DNA of 64,000 bases from an uncultured Gammaproteobacteria bacterium (GTDB taxonomy: Bacteria; Patescibacteriota; Microgenomatia; Levybacterales; GWA1-39-11): assembly GCA_964511965.1 (NCBI GenBank), contig CAZEGF010000023.1, positions 42,887-106,886 of the forward strand. Direction: 5' to 3'. The notes below the pieces were generated by a model. It was given only the letters and a program-made list of their open reading frames with translations, was not told where the DNA came from and searched no databases. Position numbers and translations under genes: made by a program. Each line of letters opens with the position of its first letter. The stretch's first letter is position 1. Below are positions 38,572-47,260 of this stretch, one piece after another.

Positions 38572-40224
38572 ATGAAACACTGGAAGTTTTTATCTCAGAA
38601 CTCAAAACTCATAACTCATAACTCGGTAGACGATATTTTAAATTTGTTACTTGCGAACAGAAATATCACTTCAAAAAAAGGGATTGAAACATTCTTAAAT
38701 CCCAATTTAAAAAAGACAGATTTAACTTCTTGTGGGATTGACGCGAAGGAGTTTAAGAAATTCAAAATAAGAATTGAAAAAGCGATCAAGAATGAAGAGA
38801 AAATAATAATTTTTGGCGACTATGACGTAGATGGTATTACGAGTTGCGCTATCCTTTGGGAAACTTTATATGCAAGAACAAAGTATGTTGTGCCATATAT
38901 TCCGGATAGAGCCGATGAGGGATACGGTCTTTCAAAAAAAGGAATCGAAAATGTTCTAAAAGAAAATCCAGACACAAAAATTATAATAACGGTTGATAAT
39001 GGAATAGTTGCATATGAAGCGGTTGATTTTGCCAATGAAAAAGGCATCGAGGTAATTATTACCGATCATCATGTCAAAGGGAAAAAACTACCAAAGGCAT
39101 TTTGCATAATTCACACTACATCACTTTGCGGAGGGGGAATCGCGTGGGTTCTTGCAAAAGAGTTAGCATTTCAAAGTAAAAAAGAAATAACTGAAAAATT
39201 AGAACTTGCAACACTTGCAACAATTGCAGATTTAGTTCCTTTGACAAATGATAACCGCGCAATAGTAAAAGAAGGACTTGAATTATTGAAAAAAACGCAA
39301 CGAGTGGGACTAATTGAACTTCTCAAAGAAGCAGGAATCAGTAATGAAACTCTAGGAGTGTATTCAATAGGACATGCTATAGCACCACGTCTTAATGCAA
39401 CCGGAAGAATTCAAAGTGCGATGAATGCATTGCGCCTACTATGCACAAGAGATCCCAAAAAAGCACGTGATTTAGCACAAATGCTAGGTGGTGTAAATCG
39501 TGACCGTCAGGGGTTAACTGAGGAGTCGGTAAATCACGCTAAACTTTTGGCTATAGAAAACAGTAGTCCCCATATAACAATTGTTTCAGACGCTTCATAC
39601 AACCAAGGAATCATTGGTCTTGTTGCCTCTCAACTTGTCGAAGTATATTACAAACCTGCTATTGCCATTGCTGTCGGAAGTGAAATTTCTAAAGGTTCTG
39701 CAAGATCAATTAGCGGGGTAAACATTATTGAACTTTTAAGAAGTGTTTCAGATACACTTCTTGAAACCGGTGGACACCCAATGGCAGCCGGTTTTAGTTT
39801 GGTGACTGAAAGAATTGAAGAATTTAAAATGGCTCTTGAGAAAAAGGCATCTGAAATAGTAACGGATGAATTACTTAAGAGATATTTAAATATTGATCTT
39901 ATGATCCCTTTCTCAATAATTTCAATGAAATTATATGATGAAATAGAAAAACTGGCACCTTATGGTATGGGAAATCCAGAGCCTGTATTTGCAACGGAAA
40001 AAGTTAATGTAGTTGAGTTAAGAAAGATTGGAAGAGAACAAAATCATCTAAAGTTGAAATTAGAATCGGATGGAAAAACATTTGATGCAGTGGCATTTAA
40101 AATGGCTGATAAAGTAGAACTTTCACAAGGGGACCTAATAGATGTTGCTTATGTAATTGACAAAAATGAATGGAATGGAAAGGTAAATCTTCAACTAAAA
40201 ATCAGGGATATAAAGCTAAGCTGA
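38572..40224 (+). CDS. recJ: ssDNA-specific exonuclease RecJ
   Basis: GDYDVDG, EGYG, TVDNG, TDHH, TIAD.VPL, PRLNA.GR, GSARS, GGH.MAAG; start moved to ATG 38572. Confidence 0.96.
   Translation: MKHWKFLSQNSKLITHNSVDDILNLLLANRNITSKKGIETFLNPNLKKTDLTSCGIDAKEFKKFKIRIEKAIKNEEKIIIFGDYDVDGITSCAILWETLYARTKYVVPYIPDRADEGYGLSKKGIENVLKENPDTKIIITVDNGIVAYEAVDFANEKGIEVIITDHHVKGKKLPKAFCIIHTTSLCGGGIAWVLAKELAFQSKKEITEKLELATLATIADLVPLTNDNRAIVKEGLELLKKTQRVGLIELLKEAGISNETLGVYSIGHAIAPRLNATGRIQSAMNALRLLCTRDPKKARDLAQMLGGVNRDRQGLTEESVNHAKLLAIENSSPHITIVSDASYNQGIIGLVASQLVEVYYKPAIAIAVGSEISKGSARSISGVNIIELLRSVSDTLLETGGHPMAAGFSLVTERIEEFKMALEKKASEIVTDELLKRYLNIDLMIPFSIISMKLYDEIEKLAPYGMGNPEPVFATEKVNVVELRKIGREQNHLKLKLESDGKTFDAVAFKMADKVELSQGDLIDVAYVIDKNEWNGKVNLQLKIRDIKLS
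38592..38626 (+). repeat. AACTCAT-like heptamer repeat (x5) inside the recJ N-terminus
   Basis: ATCTCAG AACTCAA AACTCAT AACTCAT AACTCGG. Confidence 0.75.
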
Positions 40225-40470
40225 TTGTTCAACTAGCTCATTCTCTTTTGGTTTCGGAAGTGGGGAGTGTTTTATCTGAGGGAGATTCGGTTGACTTTGC
40301 TGAACTTCGATCCAATTATTAACCTCTTCTGTCGTAACAGTATTTCCAATTCCTCTTTTTGCAAGAGCTGCTCGATAAGCATCCGACTGTTCTTGAGTTG
40401 CCTCCTGTGCCTTCGGATTCATGGGTCTGTCGTATGGATCATCATAATCCACATTATCTATTCCAGACAT
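40216..40470 (-). CDS. Small hypothetical protein
   Basis: 84-aa ORF, no recognised motif; follows 40495..40794. Confidence 0.5.
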   Translation of the reverse strand: MSGIDNVDYDDPYDRPMNPKAQEATQEQSDAYRAALAKRGIGNTVTTEEVNNWIEVQQSQPNLPQIKHSPLPKPKENELVEQSA

Positions 40471-40494
40471 ACAATCATTAAACCTGAATTAAGA

Positions 40495-40794
40495 TTATTT
40501 ATCAACTGATGCAGTAACACTTGAAGCAGTATTCATTCTTAATTCAAAATAATTTGATGGCAATGCTGTAAATGCCAAATGTTTTCTTTCATACAAAACT
40601 GTATCATGTGTTTTATCTGCTATTTCTTGATATTCATCAATTAATTTTTCAATTGTTTCATCAGGCAAGTTACCGGGTTGAATTATTGCATGTTTAATCG
40701 GTTTTTCCCAAGGCACATCTCCTTTTGCAAGAGGATTACATAATCCTTCACCTAAAGTTACCGTTTCAATTTGTGTTAATATTTCTCTTTTCAT
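40495..40794 (-). CDS. Small hypothetical protein under the leader attenuator
   Basis: 99-aa ORF whose ATG is 11 nt downstream of the terminator U-tract. Confidence 0.55.
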   Translation of the reverse strand: MKREILTQIETVTLGEGLCNPLAKGDVPWEKPIKHAIIQPGNLPDETIEKLIDEYQEIADKTHDTVLYERKHLAFTALPSNYFELRMNTASSVTASVDK

Positions 40795-40805
40795 ATATTT
40801 TTACC

Positions 40806-40833
40806 AAAAAAAAACTCCCTCATGGAGGGAGTT
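40806..40833 (-). terminator. Intrinsic terminator (attenuator 3:4 helix)
   Basis: AACTCCCTC-CAT-GAGGGAGTT stem running into nine T on the minus strand. Confidence 0.88.
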
Positions 40834-40856
40834 CGCGTATTGCACACACGGACTCC

Positions 40857-40913
40857 CTAAGGGGTAATACCCTTAAAGGAGTTTCTATTCATGGCCACGT
40901 GCAAATTTTTCAT
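40857..40913 (-). CDS. Putative leader peptide MKNLHVAMNRNSFKGITP
   Basis: ATG at 40913 a few nt after the predicted TSS; TAG lies in attenuator segment 2. Confidence 0.6.
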   Translation of the reverse strand: MKNLHVAMNRNSFKGITP

Positions 40914-40922
40914 TTCAAATTC

Positions 40923-40951
40923 ATTATAATAATTCATTTTTTCCATGTCAA
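40923..40951 (-). promoter_or_regulatory. Perfect sigma70 promoter
   Basis: TTGACA (40951-40946), 17 nt, TATAAT (40928-40923). Confidence 0.88.
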
Positions 40952-40990
40952 GCTATATTTTGAAGCAAAATATGATATGATACAGCTAAT

Positions 40991-42337
40991 ATGCAAAATC
41001 GTGTTTTAACCGGTGAGGTGGTCAATAAAGTGGGTGAAACCGTCCTAATTTGTGGATGGATAGAGCGGGTACGATCCCATGGAAAAATAGCATTTTTTGA
41101 TATCCGGGATCGGGGCGGAGTCCTTCAAGTAGTTGCAGCAACTCCAGAGACTGTTGTATCAACCGAGGATTTATCAGTCCAGAGTGTCGTAAAAATTACC
41201 GGTACAGTAAAAGAACGTGGTGAGCGGTATGTCAATCCGAATATCCCATTAGGAAAAGTCGAAATTGAATTGACCCAACCGGTTGAGATCATTTCAAAAG
41301 CAGAGGAAATGCCTTTTGATATGGGAGGTACTGAGCTAAATTTACAGCTGCCTACCTTACTTGATTTTCGGACGCTAACACTTCGTAACCAAAAAATTGC
41401 TGACATTTTCCGTGTACAAGCAGAAGTTCTGAATGGGTTTCGTAAAGCTGCATCAGATATTGGAGCTATTGAGATAGTTGTACCAACAATTTCAGCGTCA
41501 GCTACCGAAGGTGGAGCAGAAGTTTTTCCAGTGAAATATTATGATTACGACGCATATCTAACACAGAGTCCACAATTGTATAAGCAAATGATGGTTCCTG
41601 TTTTTGAAAGAGTTTATACGATAGCACATGCTTATAGAGCAGAACCATCAGTCACAACTCGCCATCTTTCCGAAAACACTCAAATGGATATGGAAATAGG
41701 TTTTGTTGAGTTTACTGAGTTATTGGATATTTTGGAAGATGTAATTGTAAACACGTTAAAATACGCCCAAGAAAAAACCGGTGACATTTTGAAGGAATAT
41801 GGAATTTCTGAGATTGCTTTTGGTAATATCCCACGTCTAAAACTTTCAGAAGCTCAGGAAATCATCTTTAAAGAATTTGGCCGTGACTCTCGTGGAGAGA
41901 AAGATCTCGCACCTCAGGATGAAATAGATATCTGTAAATGGGCTCATGAAAAACATGGATCTGACCTTGTAACAATTACCCATTTTCCAACAAAGAAAAG
42001 AGCATTTTATACTATGCCCGATCCAATGGAGCCAGAAAATTCACTATCTTTTGATATTCTTTTTCGTGGTGTTGAAATATCAAGTGGAAGTCAAAGAATT
42101 CATGAATACGCAAAGATTTTGGAAGCTATAAAGGATCGTGGCATGGATCCAAAGAATTTTGCACTGTATCTTCAGGCATTTGAATACGGAATGCCTCCGG
42201 AAGGTGGTTTTTCATTCGGACTTGAGCGTATAACGATGCACATATTAGGACTTGCTAACGTGCGTGAAGCTTCTCTTTTCCCAAGAGATATGGAGCGAAT
42301 AGATGAAAGACTCTCAATCCTTGCCCAAAAAAAATAA
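40991..42337 (+). CDS. aspS: Aspartate--tRNA ligase, short archaeal-type, probably non-discriminating
   Basis: OB fold; ATEGGAEVF, YLTQSPQLYKQ, YRAE.S.T.RHL.E, EISSGSQRIH, YGMPP.GGF..GLER, FPRD; 448 aa, no GAD insertion. Confidence 0.9.
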   Translation: MQNRVLTGEVVNKVGETVLICGWIERVRSHGKIAFFDIRDRGGVLQVVAATPETVVSTEDLSVQSVVKITGTVKERGERYVNPNIPLGKVEIELTQPVEIISKAEEMPFDMGGTELNLQLPTLLDFRTLTLRNQKIADIFRVQAEVLNGFRKAASDIGAIEIVVPTISASATEGGAEVFPVKYYDYDAYLTQSPQLYKQMMVPVFERVYTIAHAYRAEPSVTTRHLSENTQMDMEIGFVEFTELLDILEDVIVNTLKYAQEKTGDILKEYGISEIAFGNIPRLKLSEAQEIIFKEFGRDSRGEKDLAPQDEIDICKWAHEKHGSDLVTITHFPTKKRAFYTMPDPMEPENSLSFDILFRGVEISSGSQRIHEYAKILEAIKDRGMDPKNFALYLQAFEYGMPPEGGFSFGLERITMHILGLANVREASLFPRDMERIDERLSILAQKK

Positions 42338-43262
42338 ATCAAAAAAAACTCTTCCAAAAACACACATTTTCGACTTTGCGATAATACTTTTGCTTTTGGA
42401 TATAGCTTCTGTTGCGCTTGTGGTTTTTTATATACATAAAATAAATTCTTATTCTATTCCAAAGTCATCGAATCAGTATTTAAAAGTTACACAAATCCCA
42501 CTGTCTTCAGATCTTAATTCAATTAACGCCAGCGCAGAAGCATACGTTGTTTATGATCCATCGACTAGAAGTGTCGTAGCTGGCAAAAATCAAAATCTCA
42601 GATTCTCTCCTGCTTCAACTGCAAAAGTTATGACTGCTGTCCTTGCAATTGAATATTACAATTTAGACCAATACCTGACCGTACCCGATGATATTTATTC
42701 GGTTCAGGGTTCCAAAATGAATCTCGTACCTGGAGAGGAACTTACAGTGAGGGATCTACTGTATGGAATGCTACTTCCATCCGGAAATGATGCTGCTTAC
42801 ACACTTGCATATAACTATCCTGGAGGAATAGAAGGTTTTGTTGCAAAGATGAATAAAAGAGCCAGGGACCTTGGGCTTTCTAATACATATTTTGCAGACC
42901 CGGCAGGTTTTGAAGATGGAAATTACACGACAGGAGCAGAGCTTGCCCGACTTGGAGCATTTGCTATGCAAAAAGATTTTTTTAGAGAGGTAGTTAAAAC
43001 CAGGACGATAGATGTTAATAATAGAGCTTTTAATCATAAATTCCATTTGGTAAATCTTAATGAACTGCTCCAATTTGATAATGTTTTAGGTATAAAAACA
43101 GGCTATACAAATGAAGCAGGGGGTGTTCTCCTTACAGCAATTGCTAAAAATGGCAAATTATTAATAGTTGCAGTTCTTAAAAGCCAAGATAGATTTTCAG
43201 ATACAAAAGATATAATGAATTTTATACAAGAAAAAGTAGATTTTTCATACCCGGAAAATTAA
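42303..43262 (+). CDS. D-alanyl-D-alanine carboxypeptidase (peptidase S11)
   Basis: PASTAK (SxxK), SGN (SxN), KTGYT; N-terminal TM. Confidence 0.92.
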   Translation: MKDSQSLPKKNKSKKTLPKTHIFDFAIILLLLDIASVALVVFYIHKINSYSIPKSSNQYLKVTQIPLSSDLNSINASAEAYVVYDPSTRSVVAGKNQNLRFSPASTAKVMTAVLAIEYYNLDQYLTVPDDIYSVQGSKMNLVPGEELTVRDLLYGMLLPSGNDAAYTLAYNYPGGIEGFVAKMNKRARDLGLSNTYFADPAGFEDGNYTTGAELARLGAFAMQKDFFREVVKTRTIDVNNRAFNHKFHLVNLNELLQFDNVLGIKTGYTNEAGGVLLTAIAKNGKLLIVAVLKSQDRFSDTKDIMNFIQEKVDFSYPEN

Positions 43263-44296
43263 TTTTCTAAAGAAGAGGCGGGTATGGCTTCAACATAAGC
43301 AGTAAAGTTGATTCCGGTAAATACAATAATTGGTAGCAGATATTCACTACTTTCACGATTTAAATAATATTTCAGTTCTACATTTGTAATATCTACATTT
43401 GTTAAATTTTGTGGATTTATCATATATGCATTTCCGGACTTTAAATCTTCAAGGGCAGCAGTAGCCGATTTTACCGGGTAATCACTTGATTTAGTTAAAT
43501 CCGGCTCATGGTTATAAAATTCTCCTTCTAGAATTTGAAAACTTGATCCTGGATAAGAAACAACAAATTTGATCTGCGAATCATTTGGGTTATCGTATAC
43601 AATTGGCAATGAGTCAACATCTTTTTGTGCTAACGAAACTCTAGCATATTTTGCGCTACCTAAATTTTGAGCAGTAATTAGATTTGTTCCCTGCATTTGC
43701 AAATACTCAATTTTTGTTTTATCCATATCAATATCTGCGACATTAGCATTTAAAGTTTGTAAAAACCCGCCTATATCGGATTTAATACTATCTTCAGATG
43801 GCATAAGATTGGTTGATGCAAGGGCTGGGTTTTGTAAATAATTTGAAGAAATTGTGAAGTTTTTTGTAACTATATCATATCTTAAAATGGCTCCACTTTT
43901 GGGTTGTGTCCACTGATAAAGAGTGTCTGTTATTTTTGTTTGGTTATCAATAAAATTAGCAGAATCAACAGTATGTTTTGCAGTGTCTAGTGCAAGCAAA
44001 TTCGGTTCCGGATGTATAAGCTTATATACATTAACTTTTGTTGGAAGACTTGGGAGATTACCATCAACAGTATTTACAGTAAATTGAATTCCGGTTGTGC
44101 CTTGTGAGGGGAACTTAATATGGGGTAACTTGCCAAGAGCTTCTTTTGGTGGAGAAGGGGGTTTTGGAAAAAAAATATTTCTAAAAAGTACTCCTCCTTG
44201 AACGAAGATATAAATAAGAAGAAGAATACCGGCACCAATTCCACCAACTTTTAGAATTATTCTACTGTCTTTTGTAACTGTTACAAGATTGGCCAT
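43259..44296 (-). CDS. Membrane-anchored hypothetical protein
   Basis: Single N-terminal TM, PPSPP linker, beta-rich extracytoplasmic region. Confidence 0.65.
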   Translation of the reverse strand: MANLVTVTKDSRIILKVGGIGAGILLLIYIFVQGGVLFRNIFFPKPPSPPKEALGKLPHIKFPSQGTTGIQFTVNTVDGNLPSLPTKVNVYKLIHPEPNLLALDTAKHTVDSANFIDNQTKITDTLYQWTQPKSGAILRYDIVTKNFTISSNYLQNPALASTNLMPSEDSIKSDIGGFLQTLNANVADIDMDKTKIEYLQMQGTNLITAQNLGSAKYARVSLAQKDVDSLPIVYDNPNDSQIKFVVSYPGSSFQILEGEFYNHEPDLTKSSDYPVKSATAALEDLKSGNAYMINPQNLTNVDITNVELKYYLNRESSEYLLPIIVFTGINFTAYVEAIPASSLEN

Positions 44297-44346
44297 ATTT
44301 TGAGCTATATTGAGTATATTGAAATATTACGCTAGAATGCAATAGT

Positions 44347-45561
44347 ATGGATTCAAAAATAAAAGTCCGTTTTGCGCCAAGTCCTACCGGAATTCTTCAT
44401 GTCGGTGGAATAAGAACTGCTTTATTTAATTATTTCTTCGCTAGATCGAAGCAAGGTGAATTTGTTTTAAGAAATGAGGATACCGATCAAGCACGAAAAG
44501 TTGAGGGATCGGTAGAAGCTACTCTTGAATCATTGAAATGGCTTGGAGCTGATTGGGATGATTTTGTAACTCAATCTGAAAGATTGGACGAATATAGAAA
44601 TTATGCGAATCAACTTTTAGAAAAAGGACATGCTCGTGAGGAAGAAGGAGCTGTTCGTTTTATAACACCAAAGGAAGGAACAACTAAATGGCATGATTTG
44701 ATTGGAGATAAAGATATATCTTTTGAAAATAGTGACATTGAAGATTTTATAATTTTAAAAAAAGATGGTTATCCAACATACCATTTAGCAAACGTAATTG
44801 ACGATCATTTAATGGGAATATCCCATGTCATCCGTGGTGAAGACTGGATTCCGTCTGCTCCCAAGCATCTCATGCTTTATGAAGCATTCGGGTGGATTCC
44901 ACCGCAATTTGCACATGTACCTAATGTGATGGGAACCGATGGCAAAAAATTATCAAAGAGAAGAGGAGCTAAAAGTGTTTTGGATTTTAAAAACGAAGGA
45001 TACTTGTCAGAAGCACTGTTGAATTATTTAATGCTACTTGGATGGTCTCCTAAAAACGATCGCGAAGTATTATCAAGAGATGAAATAGAAAAAGAATTTT
45101 CTCTTGAAAGGGTAAATTCAGCGCCCGCTATTTTTGATGAGAGAAAATTGTTATGGATGAATGGGGAATACATAAGAAGAACTCCGATCTCAAATCTCAA
45201 ATCTCAAATTCTAGAAATAAACCCCGAATTAGGAGATTTAGATCAAGAATTGATAGACAAACTTTTGGTTCCTGCGCAAACACGAATGAAAAAACTCATT
45301 GAGTTTAAAGATTATGTTTTGCCTTTTATAAATCCTGTAACAACCAAAAGTCCCCTTCTTAATAGACTTGGAAATGCATTGGAAACAGTTATGGATTGGA
45401 ATAACGATAAAATTATGGAAGTAATAGTGTCATTTTTGCAAAATGAAAATGTAAAATACCCGCAAATCTATCAGGATTTAATTGGACAAAAACAAGGGCT
45501 TCCACTGGGTGAGGTTTTTGTTATTTTAGGAAAAGAAAAAACATTAACACTCTTGAAGTAG
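44347..45561 (+). CDS. gltX: Glutamate--tRNA ligase (compact form)
   Basis: RFAPSPTG.LHVGG, EDTD, PTYHLANVIDD, HVIRGEDW, KLSKR. Confidence 0.95.
   Translation: MDSKIKVRFAPSPTGILHVGGIRTALFNYFFARSKQGEFVLRNEDTDQARKVEGSVEATLESLKWLGADWDDFVTQSERLDEYRNYANQLLEKGHAREEEGAVRFITPKEGTTKWHDLIGDKDISFENSDIEDFIILKKDGYPTYHLANVIDDHLMGISHVIRGEDWIPSAPKHLMLYEAFGWIPPQFAHVPNVMGTDGKKLSKRRGAKSVLDFKNEGYLSEALLNYLMLLGWSPKNDREVLSRDEIEKEFSLERVNSAPAIFDERKLLWMNGEYIRRTPISNLKSQILEINPELGDLDQELIDKLLVPAQTRMKKLIEFKDYVLPFINPVTTKSPLLNRLGNALETVMDWNNDKIMEVIVSFLQNENVKYPQIYQDLIGQKQGLPLGEVFVILGKEKTLTLLK
45187..45207 (+). repeat. (ATCTCAA)x3 in-frame heptamer repeat inside gltX
   Basis: 21-nt perfect triplication encoding ISNLKSQ. Confidence 0.85.
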
Positions 45562-45587
45562 CATATTTATTCCTATATCCTTAATTA

Positions 45588-46169
45588 ATGAAGCTTTTGG
45601 CAAATATCGTAGCTTACACTTTGCATCCTGTAACTCTCACAATACCAGCTGTTTTTTTGATTGTTTTTATCTCTACTCATAACGCAAATCTTGCTTTCTA
45701 TTGGACTTTTGTCTCATTAGTATTTACAGGAGTAATTTCCACTTTTGTTTTGTTTGGTGTGAAAAAAGGATTTTTTAATAACATTGACGTTTCAAATAGA
45801 AAACAAAGAATTATCCTTTATCCGGTCGTGATTATAGTTGTGTTGTTGTTTGGCTTTATTGTTTATTCTCTCAATGGACCCAGATTGTTAGTATATGCGA
45901 GTTGTATGTTTGTTGCAGCTTTAATACTTTTTGATGTTGTTAATACGAAGATTAAAGCAAGCATTCATGTGGCATCTGTTGCATCACTTGTGACCGGGGT
46001 AGTCTATCATTATGGTGGAATTTCTTATCTTCTGATATTCTTAATTCCTCTTATGGCCTGGGCAAGAATCAAAGAAAAAAGACACACTCTTCGTGAAACT
46101 ATTGTTGGGGGTATTATGGGTACTGTATTTTCATTTATTGCTATTTATATAGTACAATTTATCCGATGA
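45588..46169 (+). CDS. PAP2-like membrane phosphatase
   Basis: Multi-TM; K.SIH and WAR...RHT..E...G motifs. Confidence 0.68.
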   Translation: MKLLANIVAYTLHPVTLTIPAVFLIVFISTHNANLAFYWTFVSLVFTGVISTFVLFGVKKGFFNNIDVSNRKQRIILYPVVIIVVLLFGFIVYSLNGPRLLVYASCMFVAALILFDVVNTKIKASIHVASVASLVTGVVYHYGGISYLLIFLIPLMAWARIKEKRHTLRETIVGGIMGTVFSFIAIYIVQFIR

Positions 46170-46537
46170 ATATAAAAAAATTTATCAGATCTTTTGGTTT
46201 TGCTATTGAGGGTTTGAAGTTGGCAGTAATGGTGGATCAGAATGTTAGATTTCATCTTATTGTCGGAATTTTGGTTTTTATAACCGCTATACTTTTGAAG
46301 GCCTCCAAATCGGATCTTCTTTTCGTCATTTTTGCTATCTTTTTTGTTGTTATAACTGAAATGATAAATACAGCAATCGAGGAAATGACCAATCTGATAT
46401 TGAAGGAACATAGTCAGGAAGCAAAGATCGCAAAAGATGTTGCTGCCGGTGCGGTTTTACTTGCTGCAACTTTTGCAGTAATCGTTGGATTTGCCGTACT
46501 CGTTCCAAAACTTCTAATTCTTTTCGCGAGTCTGTGA
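46166..46537 (+). CDS. dgkA: Diacylglycerol/undecaprenol kinase (DgkA family)
   Basis: SF.FAI.G, N.RFH, EMINTAIE, AKIAKDVAAGAVL. Confidence 0.92.
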   Translation: MNIKKFIRSFGFAIEGLKLAVMVDQNVRFHLIVGILVFITAILLKASKSDLLFVIFAIFFVVITEMINTAIEEMTNLILKEHSQEAKIAKDVAAGAVLLAATFAVIVGFAVLVPKLLILFASL

Positions 46538-46694
46538 ATGTCAGTGTGTTAGAGCCAAAATTTCAGATAGTTTTTTACCTTTTGTGTTGTGAAGATAAAC
46601 AAACAGGCAAAAAAGTCATTGCATGTAGTTAGTTCTTTTCTCTAGTCTGAGAATGTCCGTGTGTTAGAGCTAGTATTTCGGACAGCTTTTTTAC
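46514..46694 (-). repeat. Direct repeat of the 3' end of the DUF3467 gene (46629-46694 and 46514-46578)
   Basis: Last 20 codons 48/60 identical; 11 of 12 differences synonymous (incl. TAA/TAG), one GGA>TGA. Confidence 0.93.
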
Positions 46695-46889
46695 AAATTT
46701 GTGTGCGTGATCACGGCTCATGCCAATACGTGACACAACTTGAAGTTGGTTGGAATTTCCTACTTTTTGACAAATATCAAAAGTTACTCCGTCGTCATTC
46801 ACATTCATAAATATAGTATCCGTATAAAGAATATTTACTTTCTCAGGATTTAAATTTATTTGAAATTGTTGATCGTCTTTTGTTGCCAT
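46629..46889 (-). CDS. DUF3467-like small protein
   Basis: LYTD...N, FD..Q, VVSRIGMS..HA..F...L; SD-like AGGGGG before ATG 46889. Confidence 0.72.
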   Translation of the reverse strand: MATKDDQQFQINLNPEKVNILYTDTIFMNVNDDGVTFDICQKVGNSNQLQVVSRIGMSRDHAHKFVKKLSEILALTHGHSQTREKN

Positions 46890-46900
46890 GTACACCCCCT

Positions 46901-47224
46901 TTACCTAATAGAACTACCTGCCTCCACCTCTTTAATTGGCGAAATAAGTGTTATATTTTCAAGATCATCACCTGTTGCGAGTATCATACCTTGGCTTTCT
47001 TCTCCCATCATCATTCTTGGCTCTAAATTAACAATTGCTACAAGCTCACGTCCAACAATGTCCTCAGGTGTATAGCTTTTCCCAATTCCCGAAAGTATTT
47101 GTCTTTCTTCGTTTCCGATATTAACTTTCAAACGCAACAATTTTTCAGACCCATCCATTCTTGTTGCTTCAAGTACTTTAACAATTTTTATATCAAGTTT
47201 TGCAAAATCGTCAATTGTAGCCAT
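46901..47224 (-). CDS. Free-standing tRNA-binding OB-fold protein (Trbp111/MetRS C-domain/CsaA family)
   Basis: DDFAKLDI, KLL.L.V..G...RQI.SGI, NL.PR.MMG.ESQGMIL. Confidence 0.9.
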   Translation of the reverse strand: MATIDDFAKLDIKIVKVLEATRMDGSEKLLRLKVNIGNEERQILSGIGKSYTPEDIVGRELVAIVNLEPRMMMGEESQGMILATGDDLENITLISPIKEVEAGSSIR

Positions 47225-47260
47225 GGTGTAATGTTATGCTATAGCTCGCAAGTACTAAAG

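Noticed and set aside
40806-40920. T-box riboswitch for aspS
   Set aside because: Wrong strand for aspS, too short, and no TGGNACC T-box sequence
40725-41009. 94-aa plus-strand ORF
   Set aside because: TTG start, no motif, and it lies antisense across the attenuator and promoter
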